Shown piece by piece: positions 38,775 to 53,831 of a stretch of DNA of 64,000 nucleotides; positions within the stretch are counted from its first letter, which is position 1; every line of letters starts with the position of its first letter. The DNA comes from Octopus sinensis. Taxonomy: Eukaryota. Location of the stretch: positions 48,050,001 to 48,114,000 of the forward strand of contig NC_042999.1 of assembly GCF_006345805.1 (NCBI RefSeq), read 5' to 3'. A program made the position numbers and the translations under genes. The notes under the pieces were generated by a model that was not told where the DNA came from, searched no databases, and saw nothing but the letters and a program-made list of their open reading frames with translations.

Positions 38775-39619
38775 TTAACATATTGGTGTATACATACTTT
38801 ATTTATATTTTTAATATCTGTGCATGTACATGTAGAAATATGTGTATCTGTGATCACGTTTGTGTGCAAGCGTTCTCTATAAATATAAAACAAATTTGAG
38901 CCTAGATTTATTCGCAGATTAAAAAGTAATATCTAATTACCAAAAGAAGCATGTGTAGATGCGTGTGAAACGAATACAAATACAAAAAGGAGAAATTACG
39001 TGAAAATTACTGAATATGCTATGATCACGGATTGGAGAGGGAAGGCCTTCACCAGATAATTTGAGCTACATATAGTGAAGAAAATTTAAAATGTTATACA
39101 GCCAAAGAAGTTAAATGAGTCACTGCGTTGTGATTAGTAGTTCATATTCTTAAAATATAGCCGAATAGAGTTATACCTTAATGCTTTGCTGAGGATATGG
39201 GTTATTAATCATAGACATTTTGGACCGCTGTGGCCATTTAATTTTCGTTAACTCATGTTTTCTCAACTGATGTATGATACTTTATTATACACAAACTTAT
39301 GTATTCATTCTCAATACGTTCTGGAAAAGTAGTGTTAAGAGTAAAAAAATTGTTTGGAAGTGCACCAAGAGAATATGTAGCCACCGTTTTCCATGACTGA
39401 CTTAGTGAAAGGTACATCTATGTCAACTTATGAATGAATATGCATGTCACAGAATTATCTACTCAGTGCATAATTGTACACTGAGATCATTAATGTGTAA
39501 TTACCAGGCTTATAGAGGATATTGGAGAAAAAACAAACAAATATCTAATCAATGAAATATCAGCAGTATATGTATTTGCACGTTTTGTTCATTGCATCTG
39601 TCCACGTTATGTATGTATG

Positions 39620-39671
<52 letters not shown>

Positions 39672-39803
39672 GTGTGTGTGTGTGTGTGTGTCTGTGTGTG
39701 TATGTATATATGTGTGTGTGTTTGCGTGTTTGTGAGCAGGCACATAAATAAGATATGACTAAGATTTATCGAATAAATGCAAGCGTAAATCTATATTTGC
39801 TGA

Positions 39804-39873
<70 letters not shown>

Positions 39874-40443
39874 GAGTAGTTGAATGAATTATCTTATTAT
39901 GGATAATTCGGTTAACCGATACCTGGGTAGCAAATTCACGTCAGAAAAACACGGTTGAAGCTACATGCCTAGGGCAGAGATTCCTTATTCCTTCGAAATT
40001 AGGAATATGCAGACTTCGAAACATATGTCGAAAATAAAATAAAGGAATTTTGTTAATTCGTCGTTCAATTCCATTCTTTCATTTATTTATATATATATAT
40101 ATATACATACATACGTACATACATACATTCATACATGCATATTCTGCGGAGAGCTTACTAAGGGCATTAGGTCTGTGGGAAGACCATTCTTACGATATAA
40201 GTATGTTTGCAAAGGGGACATGAAGGCCTGCAGCATCAATATTAGCAACTGGGAAATGTTGCCAGTAACCGTGGAGATTGGCGACGTGCCGTAAAAGAGG
40301 GAAAACAAAGGAGTGACAGAGGGAGATAGGAGAAATGGAAAGACAAGAAAATACGCCAACAAGTAACTATGACATTACAACCAGCCAGGCAAAGTCTTCG
40401 CTACATTTGCGGCACCTGCCAGAGGGAGAGTTTATCCACGATA

Positions 40444-40551
40444 GGACTACACAGCCACAGCCGGAGATGTATTAGGACCTGAAATATAAAAGCCGGACTA
40501 CACAGCCACAGCCGGAGATGTATTAGGACCTGAAATGTAAAAGCCGGACTA
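40444..40551. repeat. 51-bp tandem duplication
   Basis: ggactacacagccacagccggagatgtattaggacctgaaat(a/g)taaaagcc at 40444 and 40495, differing at one base. Confidence 0.9.
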
Positions 40552-41605
40552 GATTAATTTATGCGCAAATCCATTGTCTCCCGAGACAAAAAGGATGCCA
40601 ACAAAAACAACAACATACATACATACATACATTTACTCCTCTGATAACAAATATAATAACTGAAAGGCATACATACTGGCAGGTTTGATTACTGAAGTTG
40701 CCGTTTTCATATTGTACGCTTGTACTGTAAGCAAAACTCAACGATGTATATATATATATATTATATATATATCGTTGTGTGAAATCTTGCTCATCCTTTT
40801 ATTTCGTCGTATTATATTTATTTCAGTGATCTTTTCGCATAAACCATATATACGAGAGGTTTCTTCGTATACGCATCACTGAAGGGAATCAAATGGCATA
40901 TCATAAGTAAATAAGAATATATTCATTTTCTTAATATTTACTCAATTTGCTCAACGTTTCAATACCTCATATATGAAGATTAAACCGATTAGTTGAGTGG
41001 CAATTCTGGAAGACAGCTACCGATCGAACGGGGAATAATGGCGTTCGTGTGCGCAGTCACCCTGCAAGTTTTATTGCTCGCATTCGTACAGTATATATGT
41101 ACATAAATAGGGGTTCTACGTCTTCGTATCTAAAGCATATAAGGATAAATTCATCCGCATGCATGAATTTCTCACAAGTTATAAAAATATGTTGTGTTGC
41201 ATACAGACAGATATATAGCTACATATATATGTATGTGTATATATACATACATGCGTATATATACATATGTGTGTATCTATCTATATATATATAACTGGAT
41301 ACCAATATACATAGAAGCATACACATAAATCTAAATCATACTTTGTACTTATATTTTAACGTCGTTGTGCTTCATGTAAATGTATTTATCTGAAGCCTGA
41401 AATTAACTCCATTACGTCAACCATATCAGCTTGATCTGGATTTCTCTTATAGCACTGGACGAGGAATTCAGAGCTTATGTTCAAATCCTTCTGAGCCCTA
41501 ATGTGTGTTTTCTTTAATGAGCATAACCAACTATTGGCTGACTGTCTACTCAGTCTATACGTATGGTTTAATGTACACAAACGCACACACACTCTGACAC
41601 ACATA

Positions 41606-41680
<75 letters not shown>

Positions 41681-43741
41681 GATGACGACGACGACAACTA
41701 CCTGGCTGAACGGCGATGATGATTCTTTATTTTCTACAGCTTAGTCGGGATTGCTGGAAATATATAGAGTGCTCAACCAATTCCATATAACGGGGTAACT
41801 GCTTTGTTATTCAATGATAAGTGTTTTCGTGAACTTCATTCATAGTGCCTATATTCCCTACTACTACAAAGTTGTCGACAAACTCCGAGTTAACGATATC
41901 GTCTGCAAAATTAACAACGATCCGTATATCTCGATGAAGTACAAGAGGTAAGACACTGTTTCTATTGACTAGATGACTGGCTTGTAAATCAAAATGTGTA
42001 GAGAAATCAGCTATCGCACTTTATAATATTGTATACAAATTTTGTAAGAAAAGCAATTGCTGATATAAAATTGTTGTCCAATGAAGTAAAAAATACAAAC
42101 GTAAAGAATGAAATGGCATTTATAATAGGCAGATATGGTACACATTTTGTGAAATATGTATATTTCTTTACATAATTCGTGAAATTTATCCCCAAAGAAA
42201 GAACATACCACTAAACAGGGAGAGAAAAACAAACCTAATCATTATACGAAGAAACCTGTATATGATTTCCAATATTTAAATTTCTTTATATTTCAAATCT
42301 GAATATTAACTGGGAAAACTTTGTGCACGTTCATCATTAAATGTAGTTCCTTAATTCTTTTTCCCGTGGAGTTTTAACGGAAAAAATATTTTTATTATAC
42401 TTGAATATTCATTGAAATCAACAATACTGTAGTTTGCTAGGAAGGTTCTATGCGTGTTCTCCAAAAACAATAGAATTTTGGGTAGGATAAAGAACATTTT
42501 GAATAAAATACATATAAGAATGTTAAAAATGTTGTCCTTCTTTATAATGAGACTGTAAAGGGTAATCATATGGATGTTATCGTTGTTGTTGTTGTTGTGA
42601 CAATAATAAAATTCTATTATAGCATAATACCTTAAAAAAAACCAAACCTACCGAGATAATAATAAAAAAAAATACACAGATTGCATATCGGAAGATACGG
42701 ATCTGATGTATCGGCCATCTTTCTACATGTTATTAATTTGATCTAAACACACTTATCGCAGTATAAGTAAATACTCATGCACACACACATACACACAGGC
42801 GCATGCAGAAACACACACACACACAAAGAGGCTCACACACAAACGCATACATACACACAAGCATACCTTTCTATTCACAATCGTCCACCTGCAGCACACA
42901 TATATTTATAGTTAGATTTTTGTGTGTTTAAGTTATCTTACCTCAATGATTGTGTATTGCGTATATACTTATGAAATCTCTAGATTTCGTAAAACAAAAC
43001 GAATTTGAACACACCATTGATAAGTAAACAATATATATCGAAAGTCACCTCCTAGCAGTCGCATGTATAATTCAATATAAGAAAGACAAAAAAAGAAAGA
43101 ATCACTCAACAATAAAGATTTCCTATAAGAGAAATCAAACATGAAGTGCGTGTGTATAGCATACAATAAATATTCACGGAATTCGGAGGGGTGATATAGA
43201 AATTTAGTATTCTGTATGCAATCTCAGCTACAGCATGTATGAAATAGAGAAATACTGTAAACAAATACAGATATAAATGAAAAAATAAGTGGGTTTCTAT
43301 TGTCCAGAAGACTAAACTTCTAAACAAATAACAACTATGTTGAGAATTTAGGAAAAATTGGAGGGAGAAATAAAATAATAATTCAGAGCAAACTTTCCAG
43401 ATGCAATCACTGAAATCAAGTTGTTGCCAAATGAACTTAGAAAAGCAAAGTTATCTTTACCTAGGGCAATTCTAGATACTTGAGATTTTAAGAAAAATTA
43501 GTGGAAGGATTGACGTAACGAGTTTATTTGTATTATATTTGTTTTCAATGCGAGTTCGGTACATATTCTATAAGAAGTAAAAAAATAAAATTATTACTTA
43601 TGGATAAGTTGAACGAGATTTTTGTAGTTATCAGTACAATGTTCATATGTTCATATTTTTTCAATTTTAGTGATGATTACAACATGTGTGCAACCAAATA
43701 TATATATATATATATACATACATATATATATATATATATAT

Positions 43742-43816
<75 letters not shown>

Positions 43817-43817
<1 letters not shown>

Positions 43818-44017
43818 CACTCAAACTTTCAAAGAAACTTTTAATTTTCTTAAGTTTTCTTAAACATTCTCCTGAACAGCACTCTGCATAAAACCAAATA
43901 TATGGCACCTTAGGCATAACACCAACTCGAACTTCTAACTTGCTGTCTCTTGAGGTCTCTGGGTGAGACTTGGAATGAACTTGTACAAATGCAAGGCAAA
44001 AGTCAAAATATAAAATT
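43817..44017 (+). mobile_element. 3' end of a non-LTR retroelement flanked by (AAT)n, possibly R4/Dong-like
   Basis: About 200 bp of unique sequence between (AAT)15 and aataataac, ending gaggtctctgggtgagacttgg...aaagtcaaa. The clade assignment rests on recalled similarity only. Confidence 0.4.
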
Positions 44018-44199
44018 AATAATAACAATGATGATAATGACGATGATGATGATGGTGGTGGTGATGGTTGCAGTGGTGTTGGTTGTTGTTGTTGTTGTTG
44101 TTGTGGTGGTGGTGGTGGTGATGATGATGATGATGAGGATGATGTGGAGGAGGAGTAGGAGGAGGAGGAGGAGGAGGCGGAGGATTAGAGGATCCTGGC

Positions 44200-45010
44200 A
44201 AAAAGCCAGAAGATTAGAAAATTTCTGAACAGAAATAAACAGTTGGAGAAGAACGGTTTGTTGAAAAATAACCGGAAAAAATTCTTCGGAACGTTATAAG
44301 GAGACAATGGGGAAAATGTAGCTCCTGATGCAAATCAAGCCAAGGAGATCTGGAGGGGATTACAGGGAAACAATGTGGTACATAAAAGGGATGCAATATG
44401 GATAGAAACTATAAAAACAGAATTTGGAAGGAATCAAAAGCATAGTGCCATAATTATGGGTGATGTGGAAGAACAAGTGGGTAAAGCATCTAACTAGAAA
44501 GCCCCCGGACGAGATCGGATTCATGGCTTCTGGCTGAAGAGATGCCACGCGGTGCATGAAAGACAGTCAGCCAAATGGAATGAGTGTGTCCAGGAAAGTA
44601 TAGTCCGCACGTGGATGGTGACTGGGCAGAAAACACTTGTAATGAAAGATAGATAAGTGGGGAATATTGTGGGAAACTAACGTCCCATAGCATGCCTAAA
44701 TATAATCTGGAAGATACGCACTGTGATATGCGCGGCAAAGACGTACACGTTCTTGGCACAGGCAGAGAAAGTACCAAGGAAACAAAAAGGATATAGGAAG
44801 AGATCTCAGGTTACCAAGGATCACCTGGTCATCGATTCAACAGTTTTGAGGCATTGTAAAAAAAAAATCATACAAACATGTCTATAGCTTGAATTGACTT
44901 TAAGAAGGCATATGATATGATGCCTCATTCTTGGATGGTTGAGGTGTTTGGTGTTGCTGACGTCACCAATTTACTGATGCATAGTATGAAAGAGTTCAAA
45001 ACCAAATTGT
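44200..45010 (+). mobile_element. Degraded R4/Dong-clade RT fragment
   Basis: KAPGRDRIHGFWLK, RPIACLNIIWK, KQKG, KDHLVID and IDFKKAYDMMPHSW motifs with stops. Confidence 0.7.
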
Positions 45011-45050
45011 ACTCAAGTATGTTTCGATGTTGTTGTTGCTGTTGTTGTTG

Positions 45051-45102
<52 letters not shown>

Positions 45103-45294
45103 GATTATTATTATTATTATTATTGTTATTATTACTATTATTATTGAGTGAGAGAGCATTGCATGCCATCAAAGTGACACTGGGGTATAATATACGAATC
45201 CCAGTATACGCATCATCACTACCCGTCTGTTAAGGGTACACCAGACACATGCATCACAACCACATGTGCACGGCATGGCGATCCCATATCAAGA

Positions 45295-45757
45295 TAAACG
45301 TCAGCGGACAGTTGATGAACATGTTGATATGACTTGGTGCATCCTGGAACTCCTCGAATTTTGAGCATGGAATTCCGAACGAAAAGATTTGCAGCAAAAT
45401 TCGTGCTTCAGTTGCTCAAGGACGATTAAAAGCAGTCACGACCGAATGCGTGTTGTGGATTGAAAGAACATTTGGATTTGATCTTTCCCCCTGCGACTTT
45501 TTGTTTTTATTACCTCGGATGACAAAATACCTTAAAAAAAACAGTTCCAGATATAGAAGAGAAGGAAAAAACCGATGGAGCCGTTAAGACGTTTCACTTC
45601 ACAACGCTTCCGAGGGTGCTTCGAACATAGGGAAATGCATCTGAACTGATTCATTGCTTCAAATGGAGAATAGGTTAAGGTGATAAAAAAGAATGCATGC
45701 AAAATTAAGTAAATAAAATATTTAAAAATTACGGTTTCTTTTGGGTACACCTTCGCA
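45295..45757 (+). mobile_element. Internally deleted mariner relic with right TIR
   Basis: DLSPCDF-like motif (gatctttccccctgcgacttt), a C-terminal IASNGE-like remnant and a TIR-like end ggtttcttttgggtacaccttcg. Confidence 0.7.
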
Positions 45758-46672
45758 TTTCTATATCAACATAATTCAATATATGTGACACATCATATTG
45801 CCGTCTGTCTTAGTTCTACTAATTGCACTGTTTGACTGAAAATGTTCCAAATTTTCTTCTCAGCTCTGTCCGTTATATTCGAACAGCATCTATCCAAAGC
45901 AATTCGAGATATACAGTATTGAATTTGTCTTTTCAATCTATTGCATTTGGCACCTTAGAAAAAGATGTGTGATTTGTCGTATCCTTTGATTGTCGAGAAA
46001 TGTTTATGTCTTGCTGCGATGCAGCTGTCACCCATTGAATGCTATTTCAGTCGGTATCCATGCGGCGACAGAAGCATTTGAGATGTCTGGCTACTTCATT
46101 CTCTCCTTTTATGTTACGTTTCTCAATTTTTCTACATGCTGCTAACTTCTCGTTTGAAAAGCATGTAAGAGGTTGAAAATTCGATGAGAAAAAATGTAAA
46201 ATAGCACTACACCATTGTCTTTCTGTTAGCAAAAATACTATTTATTTCCAATCCATTCAAATCTTAACTGTTGTCATATTTCTCAGTACCACTCTCTGTC
46301 TACTTTTCTCTCTCTCTCCTCTCTCGTCTTTCTCTCTCTCTCTCTATGTCTCCTTTTGTGAATATATATAAACACATAGAGAAAGGGGTGATGGCGATAT
46401 TGGATTGCACTAATAGGCATACTAAGATTAATTCTAAGAAAATCCCGCCAACAAAGTGAAATGCATATACAATCACTAGAAAATTCAAGTCTACTCAAAT
46501 CAAAATTCGGTTCGACGAGAGAATGTTTATAAAATCTCAGTTGGGTGCGAAATATAACTGATAATTTACACCTGGTTCCAAGATATCTCTGTAAGATGCC
46601 AATAATAACCTCGACTGATCAAATTGGGTATACTCCACTCTATTAAAAGGCATGGGAACTGCTAGAAACATC

Positions 46673-48000
46673 TCACAGTACTCGTTTCGCACGTCGTAGA
46701 TGTAATTACTTCAATAAATTGAATAACTCTCCTGCTATTTTGGTTTCACTCATTCTCTCGGAATCTCGATTATTTATTTGTGTAGAGGTGAATATGAGAA
46801 TATTAATTTGCAAAATAAAATCACTATAATCCCATGCAATATATAAGAGGAATTTGCCATAAATGTCCTCTTTTGTCTGTGCCATCTCTATCAAAATACG
46901 ATGGGTTTAGAGTTTTTCACTTCCAGTCATGATCGAGGAAGGCCGTTTCAAACCGTCGTGCGCTGGTGTCTTTTTGATTTCAGAAAACCTGACATCATAT
47001 TGTAAGAATATGATTTCTAAACCAGATCGTGATTTCACCAAGACTGAAATCCAGTTTTGCTACTCTGCACTGGAGACACGATGTAACAACGGTTCGCGTC
47101 AGCCATTCATCTGTGAAACTAGTGAAATTGCTTGTGTCTTATGAAACAGACAACTTGAAGTTCGTATGAGCTCTCCCTGTCAGAATTATGTTTGAATAAT
47201 GTGCGTGAATGTGTGCGAGTTATTAACTCCCAACTATCCAGCTTTCTCCTATGTTGAATAATGTCGATTTGTAGCGAATTTTTCTTCAATCTGTTTTACT
47301 TTTATGGATAGTGTAGTTTGTACTACCTCCATCAACAAATTTTATATTGCGCAAGAAGTTGATACAATGCTGATTCCCTGATAATATTTTAAAATTATTA
47401 CTGATTTGTAGAAATTTGTTGAAACTGTGTATTCGTAATTTATTGTTGAAGAACAAACATGAAGGATTGTTCTAGTGTGGCACATTTTCACGGCTTGTCT
47501 TTTTTTGCCGTACCTATAGTCCTGGATTCTGGAAGCCTTAACCCAATCACGTGTTATACTTGTTGGACTATGTGATTTTGTTTTCTAATACAGGTGATGA
47601 GTGTCTCCCTTATACGCCGATATTCTTTATGTTCTTCAGGATATAACGTATAAAAAAGGAGTGCCCTCTCTATAACTGTATGTCAAACATTGGTGTTGCA
47701 CACATACAGCTACAATCCAAGTTCGTGAAAGTTATGCCCTCGTCATTCATTAAGAAGGAAGATGCAGTTTGGTATTTGTATGACAACACTTCGGATGAGG
47801 TAGTGTTCTATTCGCAAACTACAATGTACAATGGAATTGTTTTCCTTCTACCCACGTTTTCATGAACATTTAAGCTTTCTACCAGGTTAAAAATCGTCAA
47901 TTGTATTCCTGTGATGAAATACTTTGAACATTTGAACATCGTTAACTTTTTATTTTGGTGATAATTGAAATGCGAGACCAATGTAGCTTTCTTATCCATG
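46673..48000 (-). mobile_element. Heavily degraded Penelope-like element
   Basis: Minus-strand remnants appear in PLE order: EGTPFLYVI (PFLD-like), YKGDTHHLY (KPTDTHQYL-like) and QKDTSARRFETAFLDH (YIG..R..EH-like). A hammerhead relic follows at 46673-46705. Confidence 0.5.
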
Positions 48001-50234
48001 ATATATGCCAGTTACTCCTTTGAGATGTAATTAATAAATATCTACTGTTAGTTTGCCGTTTGCATCACCCTCATATTACTTGTTGTTGATCCGCAACAAA
48101 GTAGCTTTTAGTATCGTTCAAAAGTTTCCTTTCGAAATATACTGTTAGTTTACAGTTTTACAAAAAAATGTCATTAGGATGTTACTTATCATAATTTAAA
48201 TTCCAGTACTGACAGGAAAAACTGTCCTCTCTTTCTAACATGCGAAAGGGAAATACCTGCAAAATACTAAGTTGCATATGATCGACTATTGATATATCTA
48301 ATATTAGAGGTCTTAGGTTTATGACAGATGAAAAAAACAAAAATTGGGTTGTCGAGCTCGGAGAATATTACCAGACGGAACGATACAATAAATACCAATT
48401 AAGTATTGGTGTCTAATAGTCTGTCACTTCTCCCAAAATGTCTGTCCTTATGACGAACTAGGACATTTATAATACTTTATTAACAACTTCCGTAGTTACT
48501 AATGTTATTATATAAATACTGAGTGCATTAAAAGTTTTCTAATGATTTACTTTACACTAACGGCAAATAATAAAACAAAACATAAACAAAATGAATTATT
48601 AATCTATAAAACATTACGGACATTCTGTTTATGCATTTCTAATGGATATGAAAAAAATAATACTGAGTTGGCATTCCATTTTTGAAATGTTACATCCCGA
48701 TTTTAATATATTGATTCATACATTTCCAGTTTCTTGGTTGTTATGTGTGAGGATTTGTATTTATTTATTAATTTATGTTACATTAATGTTGGCAAACTTT
48801 CCTTTCCACTGTTATTCCACCAGATTAAAATTTGTGTCGGTGTTGAAGGAAGTTATGAATATGAATGATTTATGGATGCCTTTTGAGTTGTTACCATTAC
48901 TGACCAAGATGGTAATGGATGAAATATCGTTAAGTGGATTTTTGAATTATTACAGAAAAAATATTTTGCTTTTGAAAATAAAAAATGACATTACAACAAA
49001 TAAACCTAAAGGAGGTGTGTAATGGAGGCATATATTTTCAGTTAGAAAAAATTTACTTAAGAGGGATCGCTGTATACACAATTAAATTCTATTTGCTTAC
49101 AAAGGGGTTTGCTCTTCGAGATTTAGGTAATGCGTCTGAATAATGAAAATCAATAAACACACATATATACGTATATATGTACACAAACACACATATCCGT
49201 ATCCATGTACACATACACACGCATATATATATATAGAGAGAGAGTGTGTGTGAGAGAAAGAGACAGAGAGAGACATACACACACATACACACACAAACAC
49301 ACACGGAAACGGAAAAGATGAGTAGTTGAGATGTACAGAGAAAGCTTGGGAATCCAAACAATCGATCGAAGTTATGAATGCATATACAAACTTGAGTATC
49401 GTAATATATGTTTAATAATCATACATTTACTCAACTGAAGGAAGACAACGTGGATAAAAGAGAAGGTACGGCATTTTCCTGAAAATTTGGAAACGAAAGT
49501 TTCGCCTGAAGGGCAAATTTATTTCATTTTCAGACTAACCATCATAAACGAATCTTTAATAGCTGATCTCACCGATAAAACCCAGGTTCTAGTGGAATTT
49601 TCAATGATTTTGCTACTTCCTACATGGGAGAACGTAGGCAGAGTCGATTGTGAGAACAGAAAGCAACTTATTTTTCGATAGACAACTTCTAAACAAACAA
49701 AATGAGATATTTATGAATTGCACCCAAAAGATTCTTCCAAAATTTAGACTACATTGCGAAAGAAAAACTGATCTATTATAATCTAAAGCAGCGGATCATA
49801 ATAAATAAGAATTAAACGCTCCTTTTGTTAACTCAGTTTTAATTTACCTCAAAATATGTTTCTTTCTCTATTTCTGTACAAGGTGACTGTTTCGAAGGTG
49901 CTGATGTTAAAACTTAGGTAAATAAGCTCTTTTATTAGATATAACTAGACCGGGAACATTTTGACAGCGCCACATTTAAGAAGCCTCAGTACATACATGT
50001 ACAAGATAAACCTATACAAACTGCATTCTTCACCTGAAATCATGATGTAAATATTGTATAATATATGCTCATACTATAATTAATTTGTAATAAATTAATG
50101 GCTGATTTAAGTTATGTGTTTGTTAGGTGTATCGGCATCTCTATAATATATGTCATTAGGATATGTCAGGTACTGTAACACATAACGATATTTAATCTTA
50201 GGTTTTATTGTTAGGAACATCAAAATTGTGTAAA

Positions 50235-50560
50235 GTCGCATAGCTCAGTTGTTAGAGTGCCAGGCTCACAACCATGAGGTAGGTAGTTCGATTCTCGGAG
50301 CATGTTGTGTGTCGTGTACTTCAACAAGATACTTTATTTCACGTTGCTCTAGTTCACTCAGCTGTAGATATGACTTGTGACGTTTCTGGTGTCAAACTGT
50401 ATCGGCCTTTGCCCTTCCCTTGGATAATATGGGTGGTGTGAAGAGGAGAGGCTAGTATGCTTGTGCAACTGCTGACTCCATTAAACACACTGCCAGGACT
50501 TGTGCCTCGGAGGGTAACTTTGTAGATGCAATTCCATGGTCATTCATGACCGAAAGGGTC
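50235..50560 (+). mobile_element. tRNA-derived SINE (D-related head and core, different tail)
   Basis: gcatagctcagttgttagag A-box, gttcgattc B-box and a cacgttgctctagttcactcagctg segment. Confidence 0.7.
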
Positions 50561-50875
50561 ATTACTTTTAGGAACACCAACTTTGGAAAATACACTACTT
50601 TTATTATCATTTTCCACCCCCAGTCATCATCCTACACACCATGATCCTCATCCTTTCCTTCATTTATATTAAATGCCATCAGAAGGTTATTGGTTCTAAA
50701 GTACTTTATATAACAGATATATCTCAAAACGCACGTACATGCATATATGATTTTCTCTTCCATAATTTTCATTCATTATGTATTTTCTACAAGTGCATAG
50801 CAAATGATATAATATGCCTTCATCTCTATATAGCTCGCTCTAACGCTCTTTCTCCCTTCTCTCATAAATGTATGC

Positions 50876-50983
<108 letters not shown>

Positions 50984-51104
50984 CATACATACACAGACAT
51001 GTATGCGTGTGTGTTTCTGTGTGTATACATAGGAACGGAATGTCCTGATAAACACACACGTAGAAACAAGCAAGAGAAAGTAGAACATACATATAGCAAA
51101 TGCA

Positions 51105-51179
<75 letters not shown>

Positions 51180-52953
51180 ATATATATGCCCCATAGCATA
51201 TCCGAAGAAATTGATTAATAAATGTTCACATGTTCGAAAGATTACGTAAGGTTAAGCTTAGGTGGTACTTTTCCTTCATAGATTAATTCATCAGAGGAGC
51301 AGTGCAACTTCATGTAATATCATAACATATCAAAGGAGTGAACTGGTGATTTATGAAGTCTGGTTTATATATACGGAGTGGATATGGAAATAAAATACAG
51401 ATGAGTTAAAATAGGCATTACTATTGGGTTTATACGAAAAGTAGTGCACACAATTTACATGTTGTAATGGGTATGTAAATTTACAGTTGCTTTAAATGAT
51501 CGAAGACTCCTTTGGATGATATTGCATACTATGTAGTCATGTGCAATACTGAGGAATTATAAACATGTTTATGCATCACCTATTACATGTTGTAACAGAA
51601 ACACGTAGTAAAGTTACGGTATTCTCCTTAGCATATGAAGGGCAAATATATATTACACAATAATGCTTATAAACAGATATTGAATCTGAAAATTAAGTAG
51701 ACGAAACGATAATGAAAATGGGATTTTGTAGTAGGTGATATAGAGATGGGTTGGTGGGCTGAACAGACAGAAGCCACAAAGATTGAATATATAAGTAAGG
51801 CAAGGAGAAGTATATATTGGAGTTCAGGAACACATGAGGTGTACAAGGTTTAAGATAGAGGCTGCAAAGAGATAAGCAAAAACCTGGGCTGGAGGTGGAA
51901 GATGCGGGTAATGTGTGGCAAGTAAGAGTGAGCAGGTCAGTGGAAATGGTTTTCAAACGGTACAAGAATTATAAAGTGATTATATTAGCGAATGTTAAAA
52001 GATACGGATGGCGAACCAATTACATCCAGCTATCATAATTACATCAGACATAGAATTCTGAGAAATGGAACGGAAACCTGGAAAATAAAGAAACATGCAC
52101 TGAGCAGTGTGAAAGACGTGTCTTTATAAGTATCACATGCTGGGAAGGAAGAATTTTATATAGGCGAAATTGGAGAAACTACTAACTAGTAAGAAAAGAA
52201 GTCACGACATTTAGAACTGTGAAGTGCATAAAACCCGTCTTAAGCAAGAGAGCAAACCTAAGTGGAGCATGAAACTAAATAGACTTGGAATCAAAGGGAT
52301 AGCACCGCGGTAACGAAAATATGCATAGCTTCTTTCTTAGTTTATTTTTTTCTGTTAATGATTACGTCACTCTGGTGGACAACTGACCCTTCACAGAACA
52401 CACAATAAAATTATTAAGTTGTTGTGATATGCATCATAGTCTTAAGAAATAATTATTCTCTAAACGGCCTAGGAAGACATTGGTAAATTGGAAACACAAT
52501 TTATTAGTTCTTAACTTTTAAAGGTTAAACTTTAAAAAGAATTACTATCACTTTCAAAGGGAGCTTTAAACAAAAGATAAATGCGCTATTCCAGCGCGAT
52601 CTAATGTGTCTGCTTCGCGGGTGGAGTGAACATCGAAATGAAGTTATATGCATCGTAACCACATAAGGTCCTAAGTCTCATGATTGTACGGAATAAGGGA
52701 CCCAAACCAATTCACGGGCCAGTGACAAGCATTTCATTTTTTGTGCGTTAGGATATGTGGTCTGTGCCTGATGAATATGTTTGATGTATTTCGCAACCCG
52801 TGAAACAATTAGTAGTAAATAAAAACATGTATTTTATATATTAAATAATATTGGTCACTTACCAGTTATACTACAGTACGGTATATGTGTTTGTGCGCGC
52901 GAACACGCATGAATGTGCGTGTGTGTATATATATATGTATACTCTAACACACT

Positions 52954-53011
<58 letters not shown>

Positions 53012-53559
53012 GCGTATGTATACATGCATACATAGATAGATACATACAGACACACGAGCATACATACATGGATGAATACATACATACATACACCATATAT
53101 ACATACATACCTATACTGACGTTCGTCAAATACATCCGATTAAAACTAATAGATTGCACCACGCGTTGACTAGCAGCTTTCGAAATGTCACTAGACAAGA
53201 GAAGATGCACACGCCATCACGGTGATGTAGATCTTTACCCAAAGCGATATTGGGGAGAGATAGGGTCAGGCGATACACATTATGTCGTTAGAGTAAGTAA
53301 TGTGAAATGATATTCGATATCATACAGTAGTTAAAAATAGGAAGGACGCGGCAATGATTTCACCATTTATAAAAGCATCACTACATAACAATATATAAAG
53401 TGCAAATGGCAATATTGAATTTCAAATTGATACTCTGAAAACGTTTATCGAACATAGATGTTAGCAGAAAGTGACGAAAACACTATTGCAAAGATCAAAC
53501 GCTTGTACAAAGATGTACACATTCATATATATATGACAATGTTACGCGGCATCTGTAAT

Positions 53560-53591
<32 letters not shown>

Positions 53592-53629
53592 GTTCACTCG
53601 CTCTCTTTCTCTTTCTCTCTTTCTGTATT

Positions 53630-53721
<92 letters not shown>

Positions 53722-53778
53722 ATGTATATGCATGTATATATATATATATGAACATATATATTTATATTCATATGTGTA

Positions 53779-53831
<53 letters not shown>

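Noticed and set aside
47594-47650. Strong plus-strand acceptor with a short open frame
   Set aside because: Lies inside the antisense strand of the degraded PLE, so it is likely coincidental.
50235-50310. tRNA gene
   Set aside because: A and B boxes are present but there is no complete cloverleaf, and it continues into SINE body.
51255-51300. CUGAUGA...GAAA on the minus strand (similar hits at about 4703, 5338, 10278 and 22320)
   Set aside because: No helix I or II pairing, or no GAAA at a suitable distance; consistent with chance.
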